DNA from: Escherichia coli
Lineage (GTDB): Bacteria; Pseudomonadota; Gammaproteobacteria; Enterobacterales; Enterobacteriaceae
NCBI RefSeq assembly: GCF_011045215.1
Contig: NZ_CP049201.1
Direction: 5' to 3' (one strand)
DNA length: 64,000 bases
Numbering within the stretch: position 1 is the stretch's first letter; each line of letters opens with the position of its first letter. This document shows positions 54,372-64,000 of this stretch, piece after piece. Made by a program: the position numbers and the translations under genes. Below the pieces are notes generated by a model. It was not told where the DNA came from. It made no database searches and worked only from the letters and a program-made list of their open reading frames with translations.

Positions 54372-55157
54372 TTAGCTGGCCTGCTTTTTCATCATACTGA
54401 TAATAAATAACAGTGCCGCACATAGCACCACCGACGGACCCGCCGGTGTATCGTAAAACGCGGAAAAGGTTAAACCGCCAGTTACTGCCACCATCCCCAC
54501 CAAAACAGCGACACCAGCCATCTGTTCCGGCGTACGGGCAAAGCGACGCGCAGTAGCTGCAGGAATAATCAGCAACGAAGTAATAATCAACGCACCGACA
54601 AATTTCATCGCTACACCAATCGTCAATGCCGTCACCAGCATCAACAACAATTTCACTCGCTGTAATTTCACACCATCAACAAACGCCAGATCCGGGCTAA
54701 TCGTCATCGACAGCAAATTGCGCCATTGCCAGAACAAAATAGCCACCACGATGACCACGCCAATTGCAATAGAGATGAGATCTTCTGGCGTCACTGCCAG
54801 TAAATCACCGAACAGGTAAGCCATCAAATCAACACGAATGTTAGACATCAGACTAACGACCACCAGGCCCAGCGACAGGGCACTGTGCGCCATAATCCCT
54901 AATAACGTGTCGATCGCCAGCTGTGGACGCTTCTCCAGCCATACCAGACCGCCCGCCAGCAGCAGCGTAACGGCAATCACCGCATAGAATGGATTCACGT
55001 CCAGCAACAAACCAAACGCGACACCAAGTAATGAGGCATGAGCCAGCGTATCACCGAAATAAGACATACGACGCCAGACTACAAACGAACCAAGCGGACC
55101 CGCGGCACAGGCGAGCATGATCCCGGCTAACCAACCGGGAAATAATAATTCAATCAT
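54372..55157 (-). CDS. znuB: Zinc ABC transporter permease
   Basis: 261 aa. Confidence 0.95.
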   Translation of the reverse strand: MIELLFPGWLAGIMLACAAGPLGSFVVWRRMSYFGDTLAHASLLGVAFGLLLDVNPFYAVIAVTLLLAGGLVWLEKRPQLAIDTLLGIMAHSALSLGLVVVSLMSNIRVDLMAYLFGDLLAVTPEDLISIAIGVVIVVAILFWQWRNLLSMTISPDLAFVDGVKLQRVKLLLMLVTALTIGVAMKFVGALIITSLLIIPAATARRFARTPEQMAGVAVLVGMVAVTGGLTFSAFYDTPAGPSVVLCAALLFIISMMKKQAS

Positions 55158-55909
55158 GAGCGATCATTTCCCCGACGCAAAACAATTCGTCCCTGTAAAT
55201 CGTGACGATGATTATGATGATGGCGATAGATACCCAGTTGTTCAGCACCACGAGGACCAAACATTGAAATAAACTCCGGATGCAGGGAAACAACTTCCGG
55301 TGTGCCGGAACAACAAATGTGGTGATTCAGGCACAGCACTTCATCGGTTTTTGCCATCACCAGATGCAGATCGTGAGAAACCATAAAAACGCCACAATTC
55401 AGTTCACGACGCAGTTGGTCAATAAGGTCATATAACGCCACCTGGCCATTTACATCCACGCCTTGAGTGGGTTCATCCAGCACTAATAATTGCGGGCGAT
55501 TTAACAATGCTCGCGCTAACAGTACACGCTGCGTTTCGCCACCAGAGAGCTTTTGCATCGGTGCGTTAATCAGGTGCCCGGCCTGGACACGTTTCAGTGC
55601 AGGCAAAATATCTTCTTTATGTGTACCAGGGCGTAAGCGTAAAAAACGGTTTACGGTCAGTGGCAACGTGGTGTCGAGATACAGCTTCTGCGGTACATAG
55701 CCGATGCGCAGTTTTCCGTTGCGCTTGATAACCCCTTCATCGGGTGTTACCAGCCCGAGCACTACCCGTACCAGTGTCGACTTACCTGCGCCATTTGGCC
55801 CAAGTAAAGTCAAAATTTTTCCAGGTTTAAGTTCCAGCGACACATCAGAGAGGACGCGGCGTTGGCCAAAAGAAACCGAGACATTTTCCAGGGAAACCAG
55901 ACTTGTCAT
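55154..55909 (-). CDS. znuC: Zinc ABC transporter ATP-binding protein
   Basis: 251 aa. Confidence 0.95.
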   Translation of the reverse strand: MTSLVSLENVSVSFGQRRVLSDVSLELKPGKILTLLGPNGAGKSTLVRVVLGLVTPDEGVIKRNGKLRIGYVPQKLYLDTTLPLTVNRFLRLRPGTHKEDILPALKRVQAGHLINAPMQKLSGGETQRVLLARALLNRPQLLVLDEPTQGVDVNGQVALYDLIDQLRRELNCGVFMVSHDLHLVMAKTDEVLCLNHHICCSGTPEVVSLHPEFISMFGPRGAEQLGIYRHHHNHRHDLQGRIVLRRGNDRS

Positions 55910-55935
55910 GTTAATTTTAGTCTTGCAGTAGTCAT

Positions 55936-55954
55936 GAAATGTTATAATATCACA
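55936..55954. promoter_or_regulatory. Zur box in the divergent znuC/znuA promoter
   Basis: GAAATGTTATAATATCACA matches Zur operator consensus. Confidence 0.75.
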
Positions 55955-55987
55955 CTTCTCATATTCATTACGATGATTGGTCGCATT

Positions 55988-56920
55988 ATGTTACATAAAA
56001 AAACGCTTCTTTTCGCAGCATTATCCGCCGCTCTCTGGGGAGGTGCAACACAGGCCGCAGATGCCGCCGTTGTCGCTTCGCTTAAACCCGTTGGGTTCAT
56101 CGCTTCTGCCATTGCTGATGGGGTAACAGAAACGGAGGTTTTACTTCCTGACGGCGCTTCAGAACATGATTATTCACTGCGTCCATCGGATGTAAAACGC
56201 TTACAGAACGCGGACTTAGTCGTTTGGGTTGGCCCGGAGATGGAAGCGTTTATGCAAAAACCGGTAAGCAAATTACCAGAAGCGAAGCAGGTAACGATTG
56301 CGCAGCTTGAAGATGTGAAACCGCTACTGATGAAAAGTATTCACGGCGATGATGATGATCACGACCACGCGGAAAAAAGTGACGAAGATCACCATCACGG
56401 CGATTTCAACATGCATCTTTGGCTTTCCCCAGAGATAGCGCGGGCTACAGCGGTTGCAATCCATGGAAAATTAGTGGAACTTATGCCGCAAAGTCGAGCC
56501 AAACTTGACGCCAACCTGAAGGATTTTGAGGCACAATTAGCCTCAACCGAAACGCAGGTTGGTAACGAGCTCGCGCCGCTCAAGGGGAAAGGTTATTTCG
56601 TTTTTCACGATGCTTACGGCTATTTCGAAAAACAGTTCGGACTGACACCGCTTGGTCATTTTACCGTTAACCCTGAGATTCAACCTGGCGCGCAGCGTTT
56701 ACATGAAATAAGAACACAGTTGGTTGAGCAAAAAGCAACCTGCGTTTTTGCTGAGCCACAGTTCAGGCCAGCGGTCGTTGAGAGCGTCGCACGAGGGACA
56801 TCCGTTCGTATGGGAACGTTGGATCCCCTGGGGACGAATATCAAACTGGGTAAAACAAGCTATTCAGAATTCCTGAGTCAATTAGCCAACCAGTATGCGA
56901 GCTGCCTGAAAGGAGATTAA
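55988..56920 (+). CDS. znuA: Zinc ABC transporter periplasmic binding protein
   Basis: 310 aa from [18 protein letters not shown]; His-rich loop. Confidence 0.95.
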   Translation: MLHKKTLLFAALSAALWGGATQAADAAVVASLKPVGFIASAIADGVTETEVLLPDGASEHDYSLRPSDVKRLQNADLVVWVGPEMEAFMQKPVSKLPEAKQVTIAQLEDVKPLLMKSIHGDDDDHDHAEKSDEDHHHGDFNMHLWLSPEIARATAVAIHGKLVELMPQSRAKLDANLKDFEAQLASTETQVGNELAPLKGKGYFVFHDAYGYFEKQFGLTPLGHFTVNPEIQPGAQRLHEIRTQLVEQKATCVFAEPQFRPAVVESVARGTSVRMGTLDPLGTNIKLGKTSYSEFLSQLANQYASCLKGD

Positions 56921-56935
56921 TGAGGAAGTGATTAC

Positions 56936-58258
56936 GTGCAACAGATAGCCCGCTCTGTCGCCCTGGCGTTTAATAATTTACCGCGACCACACCGCGTTAT
57001 GTTGGGGTCGCTCACCGTTCTTACTCTTGCCGTCGCTGTCTGGCGGCCCTATGTTTATCACCGCGATGCCACGCCAATTGTCAAAACCATTGAGCTGGAA
57101 CAGAACGAAATTCGTTCGCTCTTACCTGAAGCCAGTGAGCCGATTGATCAAGCTGCACAAGAAGATGAAGCCATTCCCCAGGACGAACTGGATGACAAAA
57201 TCGCCAGTGAAGCGGGCGTGCATGAATATGTTGTTTCCACTGGCGATACGCTAAGCAGCATTCTCAATCAGTATGGTATTGATATGGGTGATATCACCCA
57301 ACTGGCTGCGGCCGACAAAGAATTGCGTAACCTGAAAATCGGTCAACAACTCTCCTGGACATTAACCGCGGACGGCGAACTGCAGCGCCTCACCTGGGAA
57401 GTGTCTCGTCGTGAAACCCGAACCTATGACCGTACTGCCGCTAACGGTTTTAAAATGACCAGCGAAATGCAGCAAGGAGAGTGGGTTAACAATCTGCTGA
57501 AAGGTACCGTCGGGGGGAGCTTTGTTGCCAGCGCCAGAAACGCCGGTTTGACCAGCGCCGAAGTGAGCGCAGTGATTAAAGCCATGCAGTGGCAAATGGA
57601 TTTCCGCAAACTGAAAAAAGGCGATGAATTTGCGGTATTAATGTCTCGAGAAATGCTTGATGGTAAACGTGAGCAAAGCCAGCTGCTGGGCGTACGTTTG
57701 CGTTCAGAAGGTAAAGATTATTACGCTATCCGCGCTGAAGATGGCAAATTCTACGATCGTAACGGTACTGGTCTGGCGAAAGGATTCTTGCGATTCCCGA
57801 CGGCGAAACAGTTCCGTATCTCGTCTAACTTTAACCCGCGTCGTACTAATCCGGTGACCGGTCGCGTTGCACCACACAGAGGTGTTGATTTCGCCATGCC
57901 GCAGGGTACGCCAGTGCTTTCAGTGGGTGACGGTGAAGTGGTGGTTGCCAAACGCAGTGGCGCAGCAGGTTATTATGTGGCTATTCGTCATGGTCGCAGC
58001 TACACCACGCGTTATATGCACTTGCGCAAGATTCTGGTGAAACCGGGACAGAAGGTGAAACGTGGCGACCGTATCGCGCTTTCCGGTAATACCGGACGTT
58101 CAACCGGGCCGCATCTGCACTATGAAGTATGGATAAACCAGCAGGCCGTAAACCCGCTGACGGCAAAACTGCCGCGTACCGAAGGGCTGACCGGCTCCGA
58201 TCGTCGCGAATTCCTGGCGCAGGCCAAAGAGATTGTTCCGCAGCTACGGTTTGATTAA
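56936..58258 (+). CDS. mepM: Murein DD-endopeptidase MepM (YebA), LysM + M23
   Basis: 440 aa, GTG start. Confidence 0.95.
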   Translation: MQQIARSVALAFNNLPRPHRVMLGSLTVLTLAVAVWRPYVYHRDATPIVKTIELEQNEIRSLLPEASEPIDQAAQEDEAIPQDELDDKIASEAGVHEYVVSTGDTLSSILNQYGIDMGDITQLAAADKELRNLKIGQQLSWTLTADGELQRLTWEVSRRETRTYDRTAANGFKMTSEMQQGEWVNNLLKGTVGGSFVASARNAGLTSAEVSAVIKAMQWQMDFRKLKKGDEFAVLMSREMLDGKREQSQLLGVRLRSEGKDYYAIRAEDGKFYDRNGTGLAKGFLRFPTAKQFRISSNFNPRRTNPVTGRVAPHRGVDFAMPQGTPVLSVGDGEVVVAKRSGAAGYYVAIRHGRSYTTRYMHLRKILVKPGQKVKRGDRIALSGNTGRSTGPHLHYEVWINQQAVNPLTAKLPRTEGLTGSDRREFLAQAKEIVPQLRFD

Positions 58259-58273
58259 TTAACATCCATTCGC

Positions 58274-58304
58274 AGCCGGTACGCAGTCAGTACCGGCTTT
58301 TTTT
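58274..58304 (+). terminator. Intrinsic terminator after mepM
   Basis: AGCCGGTAC...GTACCGGCT stem then T7. Confidence 0.8.
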
Positions 58305-58377
58305 ATTTGGTGCGGGGCAAGTTGCGCCGCTACACTATCACCAGATTGATTTTTGCCTTATCCGAAACTGGAAAAGC

Positions 58378-59349
58378 ATGGAAACGAAAAAAAATAATAG
58401 CGAATACATTCCTGAGTTTGATAAATCCTTTCGCCACCCGCGCTACTGGGGAGCATGGCTGGGCGTAGCAGCGATGGCGGGTATCGCTTTAACGCCGCCA
58501 AAGTTCCGTGACCCCATTCTGGCACGGCTGGGACGTTTTGCCGGACGACTGGGAAAAAGCTCACGCCGTCGTGCGTTAATCAATCTGTCGCTCTGCTTTC
58601 CAGAACGTAGTGAAGCTGAACGCGAAGCGATTGTTGATGAGATGTTTGCCACCGCGCCGCAAGCGATGGCAATGATGGCTGAGTTGGCAATACGCGGGCC
58701 GGAGAAAATTCAGCCGCGCGTTGACTGGCAAGGGCTGGAGATCATCGAAGAGATGCGGCGTAATAACGAGAAAGTTATCTTTCTGGTGCCGCACGGTTGG
58801 GCCGTCGATATTCCTGCCATGCTGATGGCCTCGCAAGGGCAGAAAATGGCAGCGATGTTCCATAATCAGGGCAACCCGGTTTTTGATTATGTCTGGAACA
58901 CGGTGCGTCGTCGCTTTGGCGGTCGTCTGCATGCGAGAAATGACGGTATTAAACCATTCATCCAGTCGGTACGTCAGGGGTACTGGGGATATTATTTACC
59001 CGATCAGGATCATGGCCCAGAGCACAGCGAATTTGTGGATTTCTTTGCCACCTATAAAGCGACGTTGCCCGCGATTGGTCGTTTGATGAAAGTGTGCCGT
59101 GCGCGCGTTGTACCGCTGTTTCCGATTTATGATGGCAAGACGCATCGTCTGACGATTCAGGTGCGCCCACCGATGGATGATCTGTTAGAGGCGGATGATC
59201 ATACGATTGCGCGGCGGATGAATGAAGAAGTCGAGATTTTTGTTGGTCCGCGACCAGAACAATACACCTGGATACTAAAATTGCTGAAAACTCGCAAACC
59301 GGGCGAAATCCAGCCGTATAAGCGCAAAGATCTTTATCCCATCAAATAA
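58378..59349 (+). CDS. lpxM: Lipid A myristoyltransferase
   Basis: 323 aa. Confidence 0.95.
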
Positions 59350-59377
59350 AAAAGCCTCTCGCGAGGAGAGGCCTTCG
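59350..59377. terminator. Bidirectional intrinsic terminator between lpxM and pykA
   Basis: A-run, GCCTCTC-GCGA-GGAGAGGC stem, flanked by T/A tracts. Confidence 0.75.
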
Positions 59378-59437
59378 CCTGATGATAAGTTCAAGTTTGC
59401 TTCAGAATATTCGAAATCTGTTGAACTATCATTGAAC

Positions 59438-59475
59438 TGTAGGCCGGATGTGGCGTTTTCGCCGCATCCGGCAAC
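59438..59475. repeat. REP element
   Basis: TAGGCCGGATGTGGCGTTTTCGCCGCATCCGGCA. Confidence 0.75.
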
Positions 59476-59479
59476 GTAC

Positions 59480-60922
59480 TTACTCTACCGTTAAAATACG
59501 CGTGGTATTAGTAGAACCCACGGTACTCATCACGTCGCCCTGGGTGACAATCACCAGGTCACCAGACATCAAGTAACCTTTATCGCGCAGCAGATTAACC
59601 GCTTCGCTGGCAGCTGCTACGCCGTCATTAGCGCTATCAAAGTGCACCGGCGTAACGCCACGATAGAGAGCAGTCAGGTTCAGCGTACGTTCATGGCGCG
59701 ACATGGCGAAAATTGGTAGACCAGAGCTGATACGGGAGGTCATCAGCGCGGTACGACCCGATTCGGTCATGGTAATGATCGCCGTAACGCCTTTCAGGTG
59801 GTTAGCTGCGTACATTGCTGACATGGCAATAGCTTCTTCCACATTGTCGAACTGAACGTCCAGACGGTGTTTAGAAACGTTGATGCTCGGGATTTTTTCC
59901 GCACCCAGGCAAACGCGCGCCATGGCTGCAACAGTTTCTGACGGATACTGCCCAGCGGCAGTTTCTGCAGACAGCATCACAGCGTCAGTACCATCCAGAA
60001 CGGCGTTTGCTACGTCCATGACTTCTGCACGCGTCGGCATCGGGTTAGTAATCATTGACTCCATCATCTGGGTCGCCGTGATTACCGCGCGGTTAAGCTG
60101 ACGCGCACGACGGATCAACGCTTTCTGAATGCCGACCAGTTCCGGGTCGCCAATTTCCACACCGAGGTCGCCACGTGCAACCATTACCACGTCAGAGGCG
60201 AGGATGATGTCATCCATTGCATCCTGGCTGCAAACGGCTTCCGCACGTTCAACCTTGGCAACAATTTTCGCATCACATCCTGCATCGCGTGCCAGGCGAC
60301 GGGCATAGTTCAGATCTTCGCCACAGCGTGGGAAGGAGACAGCCAGGTAATCTACGCCAATCAACGCCGCAGTCTTAATGTCTGCTTTGTCTTTTTCGGT
60401 CAGCGCTTCAGCCGACAAACCGCCGCCAAGTTTGTTGATACCTTTATTGTTGGAGAGGGGACCACCGACGGTGACTTCGGTGAACACTTTCATGCCCTGA
60501 ACTTCCAGTACTTTTAACTGGACGCGACCATCGTCCAGCAGCAGGATGTCACCAGGCACGACGTCAGCAGGCAGGCCTTTGTAGTCGATACCGACTTTTT
60601 CTTTGTCGCCTTCACCTTTACCCAGGTTGGCGTCGAGCAGGAATTTATCCCCAATGTTGAGGAAAACTTTGCCTTCTTTAAAGGTGGATACACGGATTTT
60701 GGGCCCCTGGAGGTCACCCAGAATAGCCACATGACGCCCCAGTTTTGCGGCAATCTCACGAACTTTATCCGCGCGCATTTTGTGATCTTCAGGCGAGCCG
60801 TGAGAAAAGTTCATACGTACAACGTTGGCACCCGCCGCGATAACTTTTTCAAGATTATTATCGCGATCTGTTGCTGGGCCTAACGTGGTAACGATTTTTG
60901 TTCTGCGAAGCCTTCTGGACAT
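59480..60922 (-). CDS. pykA: Pyruvate kinase II
   Basis: 480 aa from [19 protein letters not shown]. Confidence 0.97.
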
Positions 60923-61049
60923 GTAATACTCCGTTGACTGAAACAACCAGGTGTTGCTTGAACATGAAATCCGAATGAAATAACGCCGCGATGGCGATAA
61001 ATTAATCTCATTCGGATGTCGTATAAGATTAGAACAGTGACAGTCGCTT

Positions 61050-61919
61050 TTAGCGATCGTCACTTAAATTAAGTAACTGCTTATCAAAACGCGATTCCTT
61101 CAGCGCTTCCTTGACCCGCTTCAAGTTATCTCTGAATTTTGCACCGCGTCGCAAAGTAAATCCTGTCGCCAGCACATCTATCACGGTCAGCTGTGCAAGT
61201 CGAGAAACCATGGGCATATAAATGTCAGTATCTTCCGGTACGTCGAGGGTAATTGCCAGCGTTGCTTCCCGGGCGAGCGGGGTACCCGCAGAGGTGAGGG
61301 CAATCACCATGGCGTCGTTTTCGCGTGCCAGCTGCGCCAGCTCGACCAGATTTTTTGTTCTTCCAGTGTGAGAAATCAGCACCACCACGTCTCCGTCGCT
61401 ACAATTCATACAACTCATGCGTTGCAGCACGATATCATCGGAGTACACCACCGGAACATTAAAACGAAAGAACTTATTCATCGCATCGTGGGCAACGGCG
61501 GCTGAAGAGCCTAATCCGAAAAAGGCGATTTTTTTTGCCTGAGTGAGCAAGTCGACGGCGCGGTTGATGGCAGATTTATCCAGTGAATGACGGACATGAT
61601 CGAGCGTTGCCATTGCAGACTCAAATATTTTCCCTGTGTATGATTCAACGCTGTCATCTTCATTGACGTTGCGATTAACATAGGGAGTGCCATTCGCCAG
61701 ACTCTGTGCCAGATGAAGTTTAAAATCAGGAAAACCGCGCGTGTCCATGCTGCGACAGAAACGATTCACCGTCGGTTCGCTAACATTGGCTTCCAGCGCC
61801 AGAGCAGCAATACTCGAATGGATCGCGTTATCGGGCGAAGCCAGAATGACCTCGGCAACTTTGCGCTCTGATTTGCTCAAATGTTCCAGCTGAGACTGGA
61901 TTTTTTCCAGCATATTCAT
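61050..61919 (-). CDS. hexR: RpiR-family regulator HexR
   Basis: 289 aa; HTH + SIS domain. Confidence 0.95.
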
Positions 61920-62256
61920 GATGTAAAGAGACTCACGGGTAATGACGATTTCCGCACTGAAAGAAATCGAAATGCAGTTTTGTCAGATATTACGCCTGTG
62001 TGCTGTGTTAATGACAAAAGCAGATAAAAAAGTTGTTATTTTTTTTCATAACATGATCAGTGTCAGATTTTTACCCAATGGAAAACGATGATTTTTTTAT
62101 CAGTTTTGCCGCACTTTGCGCGCTTTTACCGTAATCGCACGGGTGGATAAGCGTTTACAGTTTTCGCAAGCTCGTAAAAGCAGTACAGTGCACCGTAAGA
62201 AAATTACAAGTATACCCTGGCTTAAGTACCGGGTTAGTTAACTTAAGGAGAATGAC

Positions 62257-63732
62257 ATGGCGGTAACGCAAACAGCCCAGGCCTGTGACCTGGTCATTTT
62301 CGGCGCGAAAGGCGACCTTGCGCGTCGTAAATTGCTGCCTTCCCTGTATCAACTGGAAAAAGCCGGTCAGCTCAACCCGGACACCCGGATTATCGGCGTA
62401 GGGCGTGCTGACTGGGATAAAGCGGCATATACCAAAGTTGTCCGCGAGGCGCTCGAAACTTTCATGAAAGAAACCATTGATGAAGGTTTATGGGACACCC
62501 TGAGTGCACGTCTGGATTTTTGTAATCTCGATGTCAATGACACTGCTGCATTCAACCGTCTCGGCGCGATGCTGGATCAAAAAAATCGTATCACCATTAA
62601 CTACTTTGCCATGCCGCCCAGCACTTTTGGCGCAATTTGCAAAGGGCTTGGCGAGGCAAAACTGAATGCTAAACCGGCACGCGTAGTCATGGAGAAACCG
62701 CTGGGGACGTCGCTGGCGACCTCGCAGGAAATCAATGATCAGGTTGGCGAATACTTCGAAGAGTGCCAGGTTTACCGTATCGACCACTATCTTGGTAAAG
62801 AAACGGTGCTGAACCTGTTGGCGCTGCGTTTTGCTAACTCCCTGTTTGTGAATAACTGGGACAATCGCACCATTGATCATGTTGAGATTACCGTGGCAGA
62901 AGAAGTGGGGATCGAAGGGCGCTGGGGCTATTTTGATAAAGCCGGTCAGATGCGCGACATGATCCAGAACCACCTGCTGCAAATTCTTTGCATGATTGCG
63001 ATGTCTCCGCCGTCTGACCTGAGCGCAGACAGCATCCGCGATGAAAAAGTGAAAGTACTGAAGTCTCTGCGCCGCATCGACCGCTCCAACGTACGCGAAA
63101 AAACCGTACGCGGGCAATATACTGCGGGCTTCGCCCAGGGCAAAAAAGTGCCGGGATATCTGGAAGAAGAGGGCGCGAACAAGAGCAGCAATACAGAAAC
63201 CTTCGTGGCGATCCGCGTCGACATTGATAACTGGCGCTGGGCCGGTGTGCCATTCTACCTGCGTACTGGTAAACGTCTGCCGACCAAATGTTCTGAAGTC
63301 GTGGTCTATTTCAAAACACCTGAACTGAATCTGTTTAAAGAGTCGTGGCAGGATCTGCCGCAGAATAAACTGACTATCCGTCTGCAACCTGATGAAGGCG
63401 TAGATATCCAGGTACTGAATAAAGTTCCTGGCCTTGACCACAAACATAACCTGCAAATCACCAAGCTGGATCTGAGCTATTCAGAAACCTTTAATCAGAC
63501 GCATCTGGCGGATGCCTATGAACGTTTGCTGCTGGAAACCATGCGTGGTATTCAGGCACTGTTTGTACGTCGCGACGAAGTGGAAGAAGCCTGGAAATGG
63601 GTAGACTCCATTACTGAGGCGTGGGCGATGGACAATGATGCGCCGAAACCGTATCAGGCCGGAACCTGGGGACCCGTTGCCTCGGTGGCGATGATTACCC
63701 GTGATGGTCGTTCCTGGAATGAGTTTGAGTAA
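62257..63732 (+). CDS. zwf: Glucose-6-phosphate 1-dehydrogenase
   Basis: 491 aa. Confidence 0.97.
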   Translation: MAVTQTAQACDLVIFGAKGDLARRKLLPSLYQLEKAGQLNPDTRIIGVGRADWDKAAYTKVVREALETFMKETIDEGLWDTLSARLDFCNLDVNDTAAFNRLGAMLDQKNRITINYFAMPPSTFGAICKGLGEAKLNAKPARVVMEKPLGTSLATSQEINDQVGEYFEECQVYRIDHYLGKETVLNLLALRFANSLFVNNWDNRTIDHVEITVAEEVGIEGRWGYFDKAGQMRDMIQNHLLQILCMIAMSPPSDLSADSIRDEKVKVLKSLRRIDRSNVREKTVRGQYTAGFAQGKKVPGYLEEEGANKSSNTETFVAIRVDIDNWRWAGVPFYLRTGKRLPTKCSEVVVYFKTPELNLFKESWQDLPQNKLTIRLQPDEGVDIQVLNKVPGLDHKHNLQITKLDLSYSETFNQTHLADAYERLLLETMRGIQALFVRRDEVEEAWKWVDSITEAWAMDNDAPKPYQAGTWGPVASVAMITRDGRSWNEFE

Positions 63733-63810
63733 TATCTGCGCTTATCCTTTATGGTTATTTTACCGGTAACATGATCTTGCACAGATTGTAGAACAATTTT
63801 TACACTTTCA

Positions 63811-63846
63811 GGCCTCGTGCGGATTCACCCACGAGGCTTTTTTTAT
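63811..63846 (+). terminator. Intrinsic terminator after zwf
   Basis: GCCTCGTG...CACGAGGC stem then T8. Confidence 0.75.
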
Positions 63847-63966
63847 TACACTGACTGAAACGTTTTTGCCCTATGAGCTCCGGTTACAGGCGTTTCACTC
63901 ATAAATCCTCTGAATGAAACGCGTTGTGAATCATCCTGCTCTGACAACTCAATTTCAGGAGCCTTT

Positions 63967-64000
63967 ATGAATCCACAATTGTTACGCGTAACAAATCGAA
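63967..64000 (+). CDS. edd: Phosphogluconate dehydratase, first 11 codons only (continues beyond window)
   Basis: ATG AAT CCA CAA TTG TTA CGC GTA ACA AAT CGA = MNPQLLRVTNR. Confidence 0.8.
   Translation, partial: MNPQLLRVTNR

Noticed and set aside
62488-63456. 322-aa antisense ORF opposite zwf
   Set aside because: Shadow ORF inside zwf.

Overview
This window is an Escherichia coli chromosomal segment matching the K-12 yecA-to-edd region in reverse orientation; gene names and the K-12/P2 comparisons are from memory of those families, not from a database search. From about 7.7 kb to the end it is ordinary, syntenic core genome: yecA, tyrP, ftnA, azuC, ftnB, araFGH, otsBA, uspC, flhDC, motAB, cheAW, tar, tap, cheRBYZ, flhBAE, argS, cutC, torYZ, cmoBA, aspS, nudB, yebC, ruvCAB, znuABC, mepM, lpxM, pykA, hexR, zwf and the first codons of edd. 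Protein lengths match K-12 once the true start codons are chosen. The first ~7.5 kb is accessory DNA: the terminal part of a P2-family integrated element inserted in tRNA-Leu (leuZ), of which only the 3' ~55 nt remain next to yecA. The element appears to be decaying: the parM-like gene carries an in-frame TGA at a conserved Trp codon, the gpA-like replication gene is 5'-truncated, and a zinc-ribbon gene looks frameshifted. The best candidate for an undescribed system is a low-GC three-gene cassette (4912-6359) between the repressor-like gene and the integrase: an XRE-HTH protein, a C-terminally membrane-anchored protein and a small secreted protein, the first two sharing a conserved peptide motif. 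A second candidate is an AT-rich membrane-protein gene (561-1091) in cargo downstream of the replication gene. No CRISPR array, intact tRNA, rRNA or IS element was seen.
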